Origin: Patescibacteria group bacterium
Lineage (GTDB): Bacteria; Patescibacteriota; Minisyncoccia; Moranbacterales; UBA1568
DNA length: 64,000 bases
Assembly (NCBI GenBank): GCA_038078615.1
Contig: JBBTWT010000007.1
Coordinates: forward strand, 1,060-65,059
Reading direction: 5' to 3'
Below, piece by piece: positions 63,466 through 64,000 of the stretch. The translations under genes and the position numbers were made by a program. The stretch's first letter is position 1; each line of letters starts with the position of its first letter. The notes under the pieces were generated by a model, which saw only the letters and a program-made list of their open reading frames with translations, did no database searches and had not been told where the DNA came from.

Positions 63466-64000
63466 ATGCCATTGTATGTAAGAAATAAAAATCGAAAAAC
63501 AGTCTTCACATCCCTCATAACTGCTCTTGCAGTAGGGATGCTCATATCAGGGTGGTTCAGCATACGACCCGTGTTTGCGCAGTCCACGGACACTTCCATC
63601 AATCAGATCAGCCTCTCCGCGTCGCTCTTTGGCAGTGACAACCGCATCATCCCCAATGGCACCTACGCAGTCCGTTTCGCTCTCTACGCCACTGACCAAT
63701 CTACGGCCGATCCGTATCCATCCAATAGTGATGCGGGAACTCGTCTCTGGGAAGAGACACAGACCGTCACGGTGCAAAACGGCATCTTCCGCGCCTTCCT
63801 CGGTTCCGTTACCCCGCTGCCCGCTAGCCTCACCTTCGCAGACGGCGACTATTTCATCGGCATACGCATCGGCACCGATTCCGAGATGATACCCAGGAAG
63901 CAACTCGGTTCCGTCCCCAGCGCCATCAACTCCCAGTTCCTCCAAGGAAAAACTATCGGAACAAAATCAGGAAATATCCCTTTCCTCGGCAAGAGCGGCA
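63466..64000 (+). CDS. Secreted surface protein, N-terminal part (3' end outside the window)
   Basis: Open frame to the window edge, so absent from the ORF track. Sequence: MPLYVRNKNRKTVFTSLITALAVGMLISGWFSIRPVFAQS signal peptide, then ...LWEETQTVTVQNGIFRAFLG...YFIGIRIG...IPRKQLGSVPSA. Confidence 0.6.
   Translation, partial: MPLYVRNKNRKTVFTSLITALAVGMLISGWFSIRPVFAQSTDTSINQISLSASLFGSDNRIIPNGTYAVRFALYATDQSTADPYPSNSDAGTRLWEETQTVTVQNGIFRAFLGSVTPLPASLTFADGDYFIGIRIGTDSEMIPRKQLGSVPSAINSQFLQGKTIGTKSGNIPFLGKSG

Overview
The window is a moderately GC-rich, gene-dense, mostly plus-strand bacterial segment. Gene content suggests a reduced-genome, CPR/Patescibacteria-like organism: a DUF4012 protein, a type IV pilus module with giant pseudopilins, a PaaX/Cas2-like wHTH protein, weak Shine-Dalgarno usage and extended -10 promoters. 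That assignment is inference only.

Recognisable content, in order:
- A sigma-factor 3' end.
- Class III ribonucleotide reductase genes nrdD and nrdG, followed by a pyrE-like/pyrF-like pair.
- A DEAD-box helicase.
- A dispersed nucleotide-excision-repair set: uvrB, two uvrA paralogs and a short uvrC.
- An SPFH/flotillin protein.
- A type IV pilus block (pilC, three prepilin-like genes, pilM, pilN, a pilO-like gene).
- rlmN, miaB, xth, rarA and pepA.
- The start of the dcw cluster (mraZ, rsmH, ftsL, ftsI, murF).
- dTDP-rhamnose genes (rfbC, rfbB, rfbD, rfbA), glyA and galU.
- A glycosyltransferase, murJ and lepA.

No tRNA, rRNA, CRISPR array or transposase was seen.

The main non-obvious signal is a set of short structured repeat families: palindromes, rod-like hairpins, heptanucleotide tandem arrays, and a roughly 185-nt cassette made of an A/C-rich leader, an ATG and two hairpins. 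These occur in intergenic regions. Sequences resembling them also sit as in-frame insertions inside conserved housekeeping genes (uvrB, uvrC, rarA, rfbD, lepA), in the way Rickettsia palindromic elements do.

One composite insertion breaks nrdD exactly between its Zn-ribbon and the glycyl-radical motif. It leaves the radical domain as a separate ORF with its own start, while nrdG is intact. That is either a two-piece class III RNR with a GrcA-like stand-alone radical subunit, an RNA-level intervening sequence, or a fresh pseudogene.

All coordinates and motifs were read by eye. No database search or folding calculation was run.
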